Below are positions 38,568 to 48,334 of a stretch of 64,000 nt of DNA, one piece after another (the stretch's first letter is position 1; each line of letters starts with the position of its first letter). The notes below the pieces were generated by a model that saw only the letters and a list, made by a program, of their open reading frames with translations, did no database searches and had not been told where the DNA came from. Both the position numbers and the translations under genes were made by a program. Source of the stretch: a virus (taxonomy: Duplodnaviria > Caudoviricetes); IMG/VR virus record IMGVR_UViG_3300029305_003192. One strand, 5' to 3'.

Positions 38568-39113
38568 TTATTTGCCCTTACGAAGGACGCTGAAGTTAAT
38601 CTTGCCGAGGTCTTCGAATTGTTTAAGTATCTCCTTAGCATTCTCTGGTTTCTTCCAGTACTTTGGAGAATTCTTAGCTGTTGGACTAAATTCCATCTTA
38701 CAGTGGTCGACTATAAAGGATTCGAACGCACCAGCCGGTAATACGATAGGCTGGTCGAAGAAATCCTTAAAGTAGGTATTGAGAAGACCATCACCCTTAG
38801 ACAGGAAGTATTTCTCCAGGCACAGGTCACCATATCTGATAACTGGCGTTATTGCATATACAGTCTTCCTAGGCTGCTGTGGTGCAGAGATAATCTGCTT
38901 TACAATTATCATATATTGGTGCATTGTATCAAGGTCTTTCTCAAGATAAGCAAAGAATATCTTACTTTCTCTTGTCACTGTCCCACTAACTACTGGACCT
39001 TTCTCGATCATTTTCTTGAGGTCCGTTACTAATGCAACGAATTCACTATCGATATTTAACTTGGCTTGCAATACATCATCAACTGAGTATGGCAGGTTTC
39101 TTTTAAACTTCAT
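38568..39113 (-). CDS. Hypothetical protein, 181 aa
   Basis: AAGGAGG SD; hairpin at 38535-38566 downstream. Confidence 0.75.
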   Translation of the reverse strand: MKFKRNLPYSVDDVLQAKLNIDSEFVALVTDLKKMIEKGPVVSGTVTRESKIFFAYLEKDLDTMHQYMIIVKQIISAPQQPRKTVYAITPVIRYGDLCLEKYFLSKGDGLLNTYFKDFFDQPIVLPAGAFESFIVDHCKMEFSPTAKNSPKYWKKPENAKEILKQFEDLGKINFSVLRKGK

Positions 39114-39200
39114 TAGAACTCCTCCTTTCTTAACTGTTATCCGGTTGGGGAAATATATATCATATCAGCGGCAAATGACTAAAATAAAGGAGATGTTAAT

Positions 39201-40469
39201 ATGAGTAAATTGGAACGTGATAATATCATTTGTCTTATGCAAGATGGGACATGTCAAATGACCCATAAGAATGAGCTAAGGAGATTCTTCAATAGTAACA
39301 ATGTAGAATTTGCTCTGATACCTTTAGATAGTAAAGGTCATCAGTATACTGCATGTAATATGGTACCTAAGAAGTTTCGCTCATTCTATATCGAGTTCGA
39401 CTTGTATCTTATAGCTCCTGGTGGAGTTGACTGGATTGATGTTGAAGATGCGATATGTGAAAATGTGCGGCATTATAGAATCCAATGTGATACATTTGTC
39501 GACTTTGTAAGATTCCTTCAGAGCGTATGGTTAATGTGCACTGTATCCGAGGGTTTTGATGTCGGTATAGATAACCCTATGTCGGCATACGTGTTCGAGT
39601 TTTCTAATGTAGCCTTCACATATGTTACTAAGAAGGAAATTATTAAAGATAGACTCAAAACCAAGGATGGGATGATATCGACATCATTTCAGTTCATGGG
39701 ATTTATTGAAGCTATCATGGATATTGTGTTTGGTACACGAAAGGTTGATTCGGTATTTCTTGATGATAATATTATCATTATAGACTCGAAGACTAATACG
39801 TGGGAAATAACAGAATTCCCTAATTCCGTTACGGACTTATCTGTGTATGACCGAAAGCGATTTCATATATTACCGTTCAATGAGGTAACACTCAGTGCGG
39901 CAGATACATCGTACCTTGATTTACTAATGATAAATAAGTCGATGAGTATGATACCATTGCAGTTTGCGGCAGTGGTGGATGTGCATTCATATACCGGCTC
40001 ACTGCTTGAAGGTCCCGGTAAGACATTGAGTGAGATATTACTGGATGTACACGGAGATGCATATGAGCGTGCATTGTCAATGAAGTCGTTCTCGGATAGC
40101 TTTGTTGATGATATACTGGAGCCTTACTATATTGCGCACATAAGCAATTTCGTGACCTCTAGTACTCTACTAGTTGCACTTCATGATTATCGACGTATCA
40201 TGCATATTATAGAAATCATTACCCAGATAGTATGCGGAACAGGCGCTATTATCGTTATGCAGATATGCTCAGAGGTGAGAGGATTTGCGGAATCAAGTAA
40301 TACTGCATTTCATTTCATATGCGGTGATATGGATGCATTTGATGGCGATGATGTATATGAATCATATCTGAGTGAGCTTCACATGTTCTATATGGACGAG
40401 TTACCGAGACGATATATTTATCGTAACCCGGAATCGATAACGGAGGCACCGTATGAGTTACCATTCTAA
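39201..40469 (+). CDS. Hypothetical early protein, paralog of 40484..41650, internally duplicated
   Basis: Early core at 39154-39163; shared PK(K/R)F..F.I and C..F..F..(F/L)L.S motifs. Confidence 0.75.
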   Translation: MSKLERDNIICLMQDGTCQMTHKNELRRFFNSNNVEFALIPLDSKGHQYTACNMVPKKFRSFYIEFDLYLIAPGGVDWIDVEDAICENVRHYRIQCDTFVDFVRFLQSVWLMCTVSEGFDVGIDNPMSAYVFEFSNVAFTYVTKKEIIKDRLKTKDGMISTSFQFMGFIEAIMDIVFGTRKVDSVFLDDNIIIIDSKTNTWEITEFPNSVTDLSVYDRKRFHILPFNEVTLSAADTSYLDLLMINKSMSMIPLQFAAVVDVHSYTGSLLEGPGKTLSEILLDVHGDAYERALSMKSFSDSFVDDILEPYYIAHISNFVTSSTLLVALHDYRRIMHIIEIITQIVCGTGAIIVMQICSEVRGFAESSNTAFHFICGDMDAFDGDDVYESYLSELHMFYMDELPRRYIYRNPESITEAPYELPF

Positions 40470-40483
40470 AGGAGGAAATGTAA

Positions 40484-41650
40484 ATGAAGAAGAAACTTGA
40501 CGAAGCTTTATCAGAAGCCGTCATACTACTACACCGTAACGGTGAGACATCCTTGGTTAGTCCAAGATTATTATCTGAGAAGGTACGAAAACCTATCAGA
40601 GAACGAGGTGCCGAATACGTACTGATTCAGACTGGTACCGGTGTACCATCATATGCATTTATTGAAACTGATAGTCTCCCTAAAAGGTTTACACCATTTA
40701 GAATCAGATATAAGATGAATGCGATTACTAACAATATCAGCGGAGCTACAGCTGCTGATATAGATTGTAAGACTATCGTTAATGAAGGTAATTGGGTTAA
40801 TATGGATTGTAAAGATTTTCCAACCTTCATAGGTCTACTTTATAGTATGCAACGAATATATTCATTATCGACATTAATGTCGTCTAAGTATGATAATGTG
40901 AATGATTATGAAATATCTAATCGCAAATTAGTCATCGGTGATATTGAAGTATTCATTAATGGGCAACATATCATATCACCTAAATTCTTTCAGAGAGACA
41001 TGGGGTCTATAATTGTCTTCCTTAGTGGGGCACTGGACTATACCTCCGAGCAGTTGCTGGAGTGGGTTAATCCTCCAAAGAAGTTATTCAGTATGCCCAA
41101 ACGCGTTATTATATACACACGTGAGAATAGATGGTCGTTTATATCGGTCAAGTGGTTTGAAGAAGCGATAGCATCAGATGATAGCGAATATATGGTATCC
41201 GCACTGAGCATGTTTAGGAACGATCTGATATTTATCCATATTACAGAATTAGCTGAATTCAACAGGTTCAATATATGCGGTGGAGAAACCAGACTGGCAG
41301 TATATATGAGTAATAATGACCATACATTTGAAGAAACATTGGACCATCCGCTCAATGTCATGGACGTAATGCAACATCCCGAAGTATTCTATATACAGCA
41401 TGCTGTAACCAGAACTCTGGTATCGTTGGATGATTTACTTACAGAGCTAAGTACTGCGAAGTATTTCATACTCATGGAGCGAATAGTTCTCGACCTTCTA
41501 GGGATTGATAAAGACTGCGAAATAGTGATGGATGTCTGTGCGATACCCAAGAAGGCTACACCGTTCATTATGTCATTTTATGGTCACGAAGCATTTGAAG
41601 AATATGGAGACCCTATATCAGAATTCACATTACTACTGGCTCAGAATTAA
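40484..41650 (+). CDS. Hypothetical protein, paralog of 39201..40469
   Basis: AAGGAGG SD; motif alignment by eye; terminator at 41663-41693. Confidence 0.75.
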   Translation: MKKKLDEALSEAVILLHRNGETSLVSPRLLSEKVRKPIRERGAEYVLIQTGTGVPSYAFIETDSLPKRFTPFRIRYKMNAITNNISGATAADIDCKTIVNEGNWVNMDCKDFPTFIGLLYSMQRIYSLSTLMSSKYDNVNDYEISNRKLVIGDIEVFINGQHIISPKFFQRDMGSIIVFLSGALDYTSEQLLEWVNPPKKLFSMPKRVIIYTRENRWSFISVKWFEEAIASDDSEYMVSALSMFRNDLIFIHITELAEFNRFNICGGETRLAVYMSNNDHTFEETLDHPLNVMDVMQHPEVFYIQHAVTRTLVSLDDLLTELSTAKYFILMERIVLDLLGIDKDCEIVMDVCAIPKKATPFIMSFYGHEAFEEYGDPISEFTLLLAQN

Positions 41651-41740
41651 TGAGTCAGTATCAGAAGTCCTTTAGTAAAGGACTTCTTTTTTTATATGGA
41701 CCCGAACACACCATTATATTAAACGAAAGGAGGGATAAAT

Positions 41741-42205
41741 ATGAAGATCCCTGATTTACCCCAGAGCCCTGTCATGGTGAGGATACTCATGGCTCAGCAC
41801 GCAACTGCATCAGAGGAATTACAAGCCTTCGTCAAGTTCTACGTTAAAAGCTTATTTTTCTGTGCACCGTGGCTACCATTATCATTAATCATCTTCCAGC
41901 AGTGGATACCTCTGGGTATATCATTAGCAGCGATAGCATACTGCTATCCGGCAATATTTAGAAGATTAAAGAGTATGGTCAACCTGTCTCAGGTTGGTCA
42001 GATTTCGTTTATAACATCAAACAACACTCGTCTTATAAATATGGAGGAAGTTCATAATACATCCCTCTTAATAAGTGAGATGAGGGGGTGTATCAAGGGC
42101 ACTAAAGCTGTCCTTGTAGTATTGAACGTATGTCTAGTTTCTTTAACCTTTTTAAATCTCGTGATAAACGTAATAAATTTAATTCTAGGAGGAGTATTAC
42201 TATGA
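41741..42205 (+). CDS. 3-TM membrane protein (late)
   Basis: Same topology as 38099..38524; AACA-N6-TA at 41705-41716. Confidence 0.7.
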   Translation: MKIPDLPQSPVMVRILMAQHATASEELQAFVKFYVKSLFFCAPWLPLSLIIFQQWIPLGISLAAIAYCYPAIFRRLKSMVNLSQVGQISFITSNNTRLINMEEVHNTSLLISEMRGCIKGTKAVLVVLNVCLVSLTFLNLVINVINLILGGVLL

Positions 42206-42771
42206 ATATGGAATCTAACCCATCTTCACTCTATCGCAAGCTTACAGATGGCCGTGCACTGACTGAATTCCCAGAAGAGTACTTCGCACCAGTTGAATGG
42301 ATGTCAGGCAAGCCAGTAATCCGTACCTGTCGTCGTAAGAAGACGAACATTCTCGAATCATTCTACGAATGGACAATCTTCCTTACACGAAACTATGAAG
42401 TCGTACCGGACTATATGAACCGTCTTGCGATATTCTATCCAAACTTTTACATGATGAGATTCCGTTCTCGACAGAATAACCTGCTCGATATCGAAATCGA
42501 TTCAATCTATGACCTTACATCTACTGCATATACACCAATCTATATCGATTCGGAAACTATGCAGGAATCCAAGAAGAATGCAACTGCTATCCTCCCATCA
42601 CCAGACTACAGATGGGGTGGTACTAAGGTTGCTACAGTCCGTCAGGAAAATAATGAAATCGTCAGAAAGGTTGTACCTGTATCACTTACACTTGAATCGA
42701 GTAAGTCCTTCGGTATCATCTATGATGACATTAAGAACGGACGTATCCCACTTCCGGAGGTTATTGATTAG
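42202..42771 (+). CDS. Hypothetical protein
   Basis: AGGAGG SD before ATG 42202; ATGA overlap with the upstream gene. Confidence 0.75.
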   Translation: MNMESNPSSLYRKLTDGRALTEFPEEYFAPVEWMSGKPVIRTCRRKKTNILESFYEWTIFLTRNYEVVPDYMNRLAIFYPNFYMMRFRSRQNNLLDIEIDSIYDLTSTAYTPIYIDSETMQESKKNATAILPSPDYRWGGTKVATVRQENNEIVRKVVPVSLTLESSKSFGIIYDDIKNGRIPLPEVID

Positions 42772-42929
42772 AAAAATCAAGTCCTCGGAACACTTCCGTA
42801 AACAGCCATAAGGTTAATGTATTCCATTTTAGATGGACCCCTTTTTGAACCCCCGTGAGTGATGAACTCACGGGGTATTTTCCGTCGTTGGACAATCATG
42901 TAATAAATATAACGATTGGAGATGATTAA

Positions 42930-43568
42930 ATGGCAGTAATGCCCCAGTTGGAATATAAAGGTTCGTTTGCTAAGTGCGTTGGTATAAAGGGTACCGATGC
43001 TTATGATATTGCGTTCAATAAACCTATGGAGTACTTCTATAGTGCAGATAACTACACCCATTTTATCAAGGGTTGTGAGAAGATGGTTAGAAGTCACGAA
43101 GATTACTCCAGGTTCAAAGACTATGTAATGAATGTAATCGGTATTGACTTCTGTCAGGTAACGCCAAACGTACGCTTAGGTGATGCTACAATTGAGATGC
43201 ACCATGCATTCTTCAACCTCTATGATCTTTGCGCAATTATTACTAACAAGAGATTGGAATGCGGTGAAAGAGTTAACACATTCACGGTGGCAAACGAAGT
43301 TCTTGATGAACACTTCGCCCTTCATATTCCGGTTGTAATGCTTGCTACGACAAACCACGAGATGGTAACCAATAGAGATATCTGGCTCAACGTTAAGAGT
43401 GGCTTCGGTTATATCTCTCAGTTTATCGAGAAGTATGCTCCATATATGACACCGGAACACAAGTACCGTATAATGACTACAATTAAGCTGTCTTATGAAA
43501 TCGATAGCTTTGATAATAATATCTTTGATGATACAGAAAAAATTAAACGAGTACTTGCGCATACCTAA
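42930..43568 (+). CDS. HNH-like fold protein, paralog of 55096..55908
   Basis: C...IEMHH...L.T.NHE.V pattern; GACA-N6-TAA at 42891-42903. Confidence 0.55.
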   Translation: MAVMPQLEYKGSFAKCVGIKGTDAYDIAFNKPMEYFYSADNYTHFIKGCEKMVRSHEDYSRFKDYVMNVIGIDFCQVTPNVRLGDATIEMHHAFFNLYDLCAIITNKRLECGERVNTFTVANEVLDEHFALHIPVVMLATTNHEMVTNRDIWLNVKSGFGYISQFIEKYAPYMTPEHKYRIMTTIKLSYEIDSFDNNIFDDTEKIKRVLAHT

Positions 43569-43616
43569 CTAATAATACCCAGTAACGGATAATCCGTTAC
43601 TGGGTATTGATTTAGG

Positions 43617-43678
43617 AAAAAAAATCACCGCCGCTAGGCTAACCAGAACCGCCAGGTACGTAACCCAGCGGCGGTGAT
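43617..43678 (-). repeat. Conserved 3' cassette hairpin/terminator element, copy 3
   Basis: 18-nt AGAACCGCCAGGTACGTA identical to copy 2, within an ATCACCGCCGCT/AGCGGCGGTGAT stem. Confidence 0.8.
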
Positions 43679-43692
43679 ATTAAGTAACCGGC

Positions 43693-44235
43693 TTATTCGG
43701 TAGGAGCCGGTTTTGGAGGATTCTGCCTTGCCTTCTTTTCATCCTTTTTATCCTCCTTGAGGAGGTTTATGAGGGCCCTCTTAAGCCCCTCATCCTGAGA
43801 AGCCTTTTTGAGGAGCTCCTCAAGATCGCCGGTTGTTACCGGCTTAGTTCTGATTCTACGATCAAGTCTCAGGTGGTGTGCGGGTGGGAAGTCCACCGCA
43901 CACCTATAAAGCCCTCTGCCTGTGCAGAAAGCTTTATATGTCACCCCATCGGGGTGAATATCGGTCACCTCGGTGACCGTATAAAACCCGGGCTCTACTG
44001 AGCCCTTGATTGTCACACCGGTGTTGGTAATATCCAACACCGATGTTTGTGATGGCGATGCCGCGGCATCTCTTCTGGAAAGGCGCACGACCATGTGGGG
44101 GGTATCCCCCACCACAAGCTCTGCCCACTCGCCGTGGTAGAGCTTGTTGTCATCCATGAGCATCTTAACGATGCTTGAGGATGACGCCTCGTAATAATAG
44201 TTGTACAAAGGTCTGTTGTTATCGATCTTTCTCAT
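43693..44235 (-). CDS. Hypothetical early protein (cassette C), GC-richer than core genes
   Basis: AAAGGAG SD; conserved flanks. Confidence 0.75.
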   Translation of the reverse strand: MRKIDNNRPLYNYYYEASSSSIVKMLMDDNKLYHGEWAELVVGDTPHMVVRLSRRDAAASPSQTSVLDITNTGVTIKGSVEPGFYTVTEVTDIHPDGVTYKAFCTGRGLYRCAVDFPPAHHLRLDRRIRTKPVTTGDLEELLKKASQDEGLKRALINLLKEDKKDEKKARQNPPKPAPTE

Positions 44236-44241
44236 AAGATC

Positions 44242-44303
44242 TCCTTTCTGCCTTTCGGCTACGGCGGTTTTGATCCTCGGAGACCACCAGTAACTCCTTT
44301 ATT
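44242..44303 (-). promoter_or_regulatory. Conserved structured 5' leader, copy 2
   Basis: Aligns with 37913-37975; GCC-GAAA-GGC tetraloop hairpin next to the SD. Confidence 0.65.
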
Positions 44304-44353
44304 AAGGTGATATGACGCGGTAGCTATGCTACATCATTCACCTCTTAATGCAA

Positions 44354-44391
44354 TAATATGATATATACGCCATATGCCCGGAAATTACGGT
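44354..44391 (-). promoter_or_regulatory. Bipartite early promoter ACCGT-N19-TATATATCATATTA
   Basis: Exact consensus match. Confidence 0.75.
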
Positions 44392-44475
44392 CAAATAATA
44401 CCAACGTAAAAACTTAATAGTAATCCCTACTTGTCCAGGGATTACTATTTTAATAGCATAAAGGAGATGTTAGTT

Positions 44476-45243
44476 ATGAAGATAACGTATTTAAAGATTA
44501 GTGGCTGGGATGGTGCAATTCGTTCATTCTATATGTCACTTAACAACTACACACCTGACCTTGAGATGGAAATCAGACTCGGTCAGTTCTACGAGGAGCA
44601 AAATAATGCCATTGATGAGGCTAATGCCCTCGGTCTTACAGATTCTCCACTTTATGGAGCTAAGAAGATGGAGAATGACGTTACTGAATGGTGGGAAGAG
44701 CAGAAACGTAAGCTCATCAAGTTTGGTAACAAGCACATTACATTGCTGAAGTTCCTTGATATCACTATGACGGTACAGGGTCTGCACAGAGGTGCACAGG
44801 ATGACTTTGATGCACATGCCGCAAGATTCAATAGCCGTATTATCAGAACTTCCACAAGAACCAAGAATAATGAGCAGCTTATCGAGCTCTCAGATTTCTA
44901 TAAGGGAAAGATACTCCCATTCCAGGATTTGGATAAAGCTCTTGACCTCCCACGCTTTATTGAGTATGAAGGTACTATGTATCTTAAGACATCACTTGGT
45001 TATGTTAACAAGGCATATATCGGAGATAAGGATGTACGTAGGGGACTTATTCCACTTGCTATTTCATCCAACTTTACAGTCAAGGTACAGGCAATGGAAT
45101 ACTGCCATGTGGTACGTGAGCGTAATATGGATGGTAATGCTCATATCGAACTCAAGCAGCTTATTGAGCAGTCTATCCCAATGATTACTGCACAGGTACC
45201 AGAGTTCACAAGAGAATGGTTTATGAATAGCTGCTTACAGTAG
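44476..45243 (+). CDS. Divergent ThyX-like (flavin-dependent thymidylate synthase fold) protein
   Basis: KHITLLKFLDITMTVQGLHRGAQDDFDAH...RTSTR and ER...AHIELK parallel the ThyX layout, but the canonical RHRx7S is absent. Confidence 0.6.
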   Translation: MKITYLKISGWDGAIRSFYMSLNNYTPDLEMEIRLGQFYEEQNNAIDEANALGLTDSPLYGAKKMENDVTEWWEEQKRKLIKFGNKHITLLKFLDITMTVQGLHRGAQDDFDAHAARFNSRIIRTSTRTKNNEQLIELSDFYKGKILPFQDLDKALDLPRFIEYEGTMYLKTSLGYVNKAYIGDKDVRRGLIPLAISSNFTVKVQAMEYCHVVRERNMDGNAHIELKQLIEQSIPMITAQVPEFTREWFMNSCLQ

Positions 45244-45254
45244 GAGCTGATTAC

Positions 45255-45596
45255 ATGAAATCGAATTATAGAAGTAAAATCGTCCAGAAATCGGATGTTA
45301 AGAACGCAGTCCAGGAAGAGTGGAATAGTAAGCTCGACCAACTGTACGAAGACGTTACTAATGACGTCACTGCACAGTTTATGGCGACTGTATTCTGCTA
45401 TCTTAATATAAGATACCACTGGACTGGTAAAACCCTCAATAGTATTAAAGAGGGTATAGAGGACTTATTCACTCTAATGCAGAGAGACGGTATTGCAGGT
45501 AAGCCATTTAACACAGATAACTGTATTGAATATATGCGGTCTATAGGTGTTGAATTCGAAGACCGTCGTAATTCTAATGAGTCTGGAGATGCATAA
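45255..45596 (+). CDS. Hypothetical protein
   Basis: AGGAG SD; operonic. Confidence 0.7.
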   Translation: MKSNYRSKIVQKSDVKNAVQEEWNSKLDQLYEDVTNDVTAQFMATVFCYLNIRYHWTGKTLNSIKEGIEDLFTLMQRDGIAGKPFNTDNCIEYMRSIGVEFEDRRNSNESGDA

Positions 45597-45597
45597 T

Positions 45598-46014
45598 ATG
45601 TCATATAATAAATCATCGGAAGAAAGACTTATACAACTCGACTTGTCGGTGAACCTGGGCATGGACCTGGGTTCATCCAAAGTCACAGTACAGAATGTGA
45701 GGTTTAGTAAGATTATCGATAAACCTCACATGATTATATATTGCCGAAATATTCCGGATAACTTCTTGGAATCCTCACTATATGGTACACTGTGTATCAT
45801 ATACCAGCAGATTCTCGAGGCAGTATATGCAGAACCATCGGCGATTACTGATACGAATCTTATTAAGATTTGTGCGTTTACGTCTGCTGGTGTCCCAGTA
45901 TGCCCAACTATATCCACGATGAAGAGAAATGCTGAGAGTAAACGAGAGTATACATTTAAGCAGGTTGCATCATTCTCGGCTCTTATCGGATACGAATTCT
46001 GGAGGGATGACTGA
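45598..46014 (+). CDS. Hypothetical protein
   Basis: GGAG SD before ATG 45598. Confidence 0.65.
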   Translation: MSYNKSSEERLIQLDLSVNLGMDLGSSKVTVQNVRFSKIIDKPHMIIYCRNIPDNFLESSLYGTLCIIYQQILEAVYAEPSAITDTNLIKICAFTSAGVPVCPTISTMKRNAESKREYTFKQVASFSALIGYEFWRDD

Positions 46015-46088
46015 TGAAAATCAGAATATGTATATTTCTTAGTTAGATTGGTCTTTGACCATTTTACCAAATGAATGGAGGTCTTACT

Positions 46089-46886
46089 ATGAATGATGAT
46101 GAAGAAGACGAAATCGATTACAGCGGCTTCATTCCAGGGGAATATGATGCCGAAGAATTATACCCTGCTCGAAATGCAACCGAGTTACAAGATACGATTC
46201 CGGAACTTGTAGTGGTTCCCGAGAGAGAACCAATATCGCTACGTAAAGAAGATTATAATCTTCAAGTCGATAATAATAATCAAAAATCGACACCCAATAT
46301 TGATGAGCTGGTGAAGGGTGACCCCCGCGAATTTCCGATGTTCATTCCTGATACCAGTAAGCTGAGAAACGATCAGTTGTACATGTTTCTGAATGTCATA
46401 TTAGATTATGTATCAGCCATCACTAAAGCACATATGGCCAAGCAATACATTTCTGTAGGTAACGAATTCTATATTGATCTCACAGATGCTGAGTTAGTAT
46501 ATGATGTATTGTGGAAAGTTTATCATGCTGATAAATTATTAAGTCAATTCATACATTTGTCGTCTAGCAAGGTGGACATCCTCGGGTTTGATGAGGCTCA
46601 TAACTTTCAAAAGTATCGATTACCGAGACTGGTTAAATTGTATCGTCACTGTATCAAAGCATACATGCTTAAGTATGGATATCATATTAAATTCCTTATA
46701 GATACGGAATATAATAGATGCACGATGGCAATCAGGGTTACTTATGATGATAGCTTTTCAGAAAAGTTATTCAGAATACTTCATGTCCGCGAATTTAAAC
46801 GTATTCAAGAGCTGATTAATAATGCGGATTACTATAAAAATATGCATGAGCCGAGACATACTGGTGGCGGTCTCACGATCGAATAA
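46089..46886 (+). CDS. Hypothetical protein with acidic N-terminus
   Basis: GGAGG SD before ATG 46089. Confidence 0.7.
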   Translation: MNDDEEDEIDYSGFIPGEYDAEELYPARNATELQDTIPELVVVPEREPISLRKEDYNLQVDNNNQKSTPNIDELVKGDPREFPMFIPDTSKLRNDQLYMFLNVILDYVSAITKAHMAKQYISVGNEFYIDLTDAELVYDVLWKVYHADKLLSQFIHLSSSKVDILGFDEAHNFQKYRLPRLVKLYRHCIKAYMLKYGYHIKFLIDTEYNRCTMAIRVTYDDSFSEKLFRILHVREFKRIQELINNADYYKNMHEPRHTGGGLTIE

Positions 46887-46901
46887 AAGGAGATGATATA
46901 A

Positions 46902-47288
46902 ATGATACTTACAACTATTTGCATTATCGTAATTATGGCTGTAGCTGCACTGATATTCGCCATTACAGCTACATATTTCATCAATAAAGTCTATGTACCA
47001 ATGAAATATAAGACAATGAACCTCACCACCGAGGAGATGTTCTCAGAGCTCGCACTTATCATTCAGAACGAAATCAATCTGTATGAGAAGAGTGTATTCG
47101 AGAACGGCGGTAAATTCCTCGATAATAGAGCGTTTGAGAACTATTATCGAGATATATGCAATAAAATAGGGGAAGATATTCCTCCAGAATTTTACGAGAG
47201 ATTCCAGTACTATATGAAACCTGATGCGGTTAATAAGTTCATTGCACGTACAGTACGGGCATATCTCGAACAGAAAATATCTGATTAA
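46902..47288 (+). CDS. Membrane-anchored protein (N-terminal TM)
   Basis: AAGGAG SD; hydrophobic N-terminus. Confidence 0.75.
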   Translation: MILTTICIIVIMAVAALIFAITATYFINKVYVPMKYKTMNLTTEEMFSELALIIQNEINLYEKSVFENGGKFLDNRAFENYYRDICNKIGEDIPPEFYERFQYYMKPDAVNKFIARTVRAYLEQKISD

Positions 47289-47303
47289 AGGAGGTACTGC
47301 ATC

Positions 47304-47819
47304 ATGGTTATGGGTGGCAAAGATATTGATGGTAAACCAAATCAGAAGACACTTAATGACTACGATAAGAAACTCAAAACTATGACTATACAGACACCAA
47401 TGTGCACTAACATCGTTGATGGTGACATCATTGAGCGTTATATGGCGGTGCCGTATGATTTAGGTTATGAATACCCCGAGATACCTGATGATCAGAAAGA
47501 TTATAGGGTTACTGCACAGGCTCTCCAGACTTACACTAATCAGATTGGTCATGTTACCGATGAATATATTGATAGTCAGGTAGCTTACCTGGAGAGCAAA
47601 CATGAGAAGCGTCTCGATACTCACGATGCAAAGATTGATAGACTGAAAGATATGACATACGATAACCGCATAATGTTTATACTCGGCATAGCGATATCAT
47701 TCATATTAAGTCTCGCTATCATGGCAGTAATACTCGAATACGAAATCAAACCAGAAATAGTCGAGCAGGTTCGTATGGAAATACTCGCAGAGGAGGCACA
47801 TAATGAAGAGGTACGATGA
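47304..47819 (+). CDS. Coiled-coil single-TM protein
   Basis: AAGGAGG SD; similar to 48335..48757. Confidence 0.7.
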   Translation: MVMGGKDIDGKPNQKTLNDYDKKLKTMTIQTPMCTNIVDGDIIERYMAVPYDLGYEYPEIPDDQKDYRVTAQALQTYTNQIGHVTDEYIDSQVAYLESKHEKRLDTHDAKIDRLKDMTYDNRIMFILGIAISFILSLAIMAVILEYEIKPEIVEQVRMEILAEEAHNEEVR

Positions 47820-47922
47820 AAATGATGAGGGTGTAGGTGTTCTCATGTTCATGATCGGTGCACTATCAGCACTGATAGTAGTTGGTATAATTTTTATCAT
47901 AGTACACTGCGTAGGAGGTTAA
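47803..47922 (+). CDS. 39-aa single-TM peptide MKRYDENDEGVGVLMFMIGALSALIVVGIIFIIVHCVGG (not in ORF track)
   Basis: AGGAGG SD; similar to 47927..48115. Confidence 0.7.
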   Translation: MKRYDENDEGVGVLMFMIGALSALIVVGIIFIIVHCVGG

Positions 47923-47926
47923 TAGT

Positions 47927-48115
47927 ATGGCTGATAAATCTGAATCATCAGTAACCAAAACTGAAATATCGAAGCCAAAATCTGAGAAGATGGAGTACTA
48001 CGGTATTGACGAAGATGATGGAGTATTTGTAGTCATAATGATGTTTGGAATTTTCGTCGCGGTGGTAGCTCTTGGTATATTATACCTGATAGTTAGGAAG
48101 GAGATGGGAATATGA
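47927..48115 (+). CDS. Small single-TM protein
   Basis: AGGAGG SD; C-terminal TM. Confidence 0.7.
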   Translation: MADKSESSVTKTEISKPKSEKMEYYGIDEDDGVFVVIMMFGIFVAVVALGILYLIVRKEMGI

Positions 48116-48333
48116 TGGAAGGACCAATGATGCCGGATAATGGACCGGCAATGAGTAATACTGAGAAGATACTATTGCTTATACATGAGATAAATGATAA
48201 GGATGAGGAGATCCTCTCACTGAAACGAGAAATTGTCAAGCGAGAATTGTGGATTTTTATACTATCAATCATGCTTGGAATTTCATCAATGACGATAATA
48301 TGCTCACTCATATTATCAGCCGGAGGTGCATGA
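48112..48333 (+). CDS. Small coiled-coil single-TM protein
   Basis: AAGGAG SD; ATGA overlap. Confidence 0.7.
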   Translation: MMEGPMMPDNGPAMSNTEKILLLIHEINDKDEEILSLKREIVKRELWIFILSIMLGISSMTIICSLILSAGGA

Positions 48334-48334
48334 T

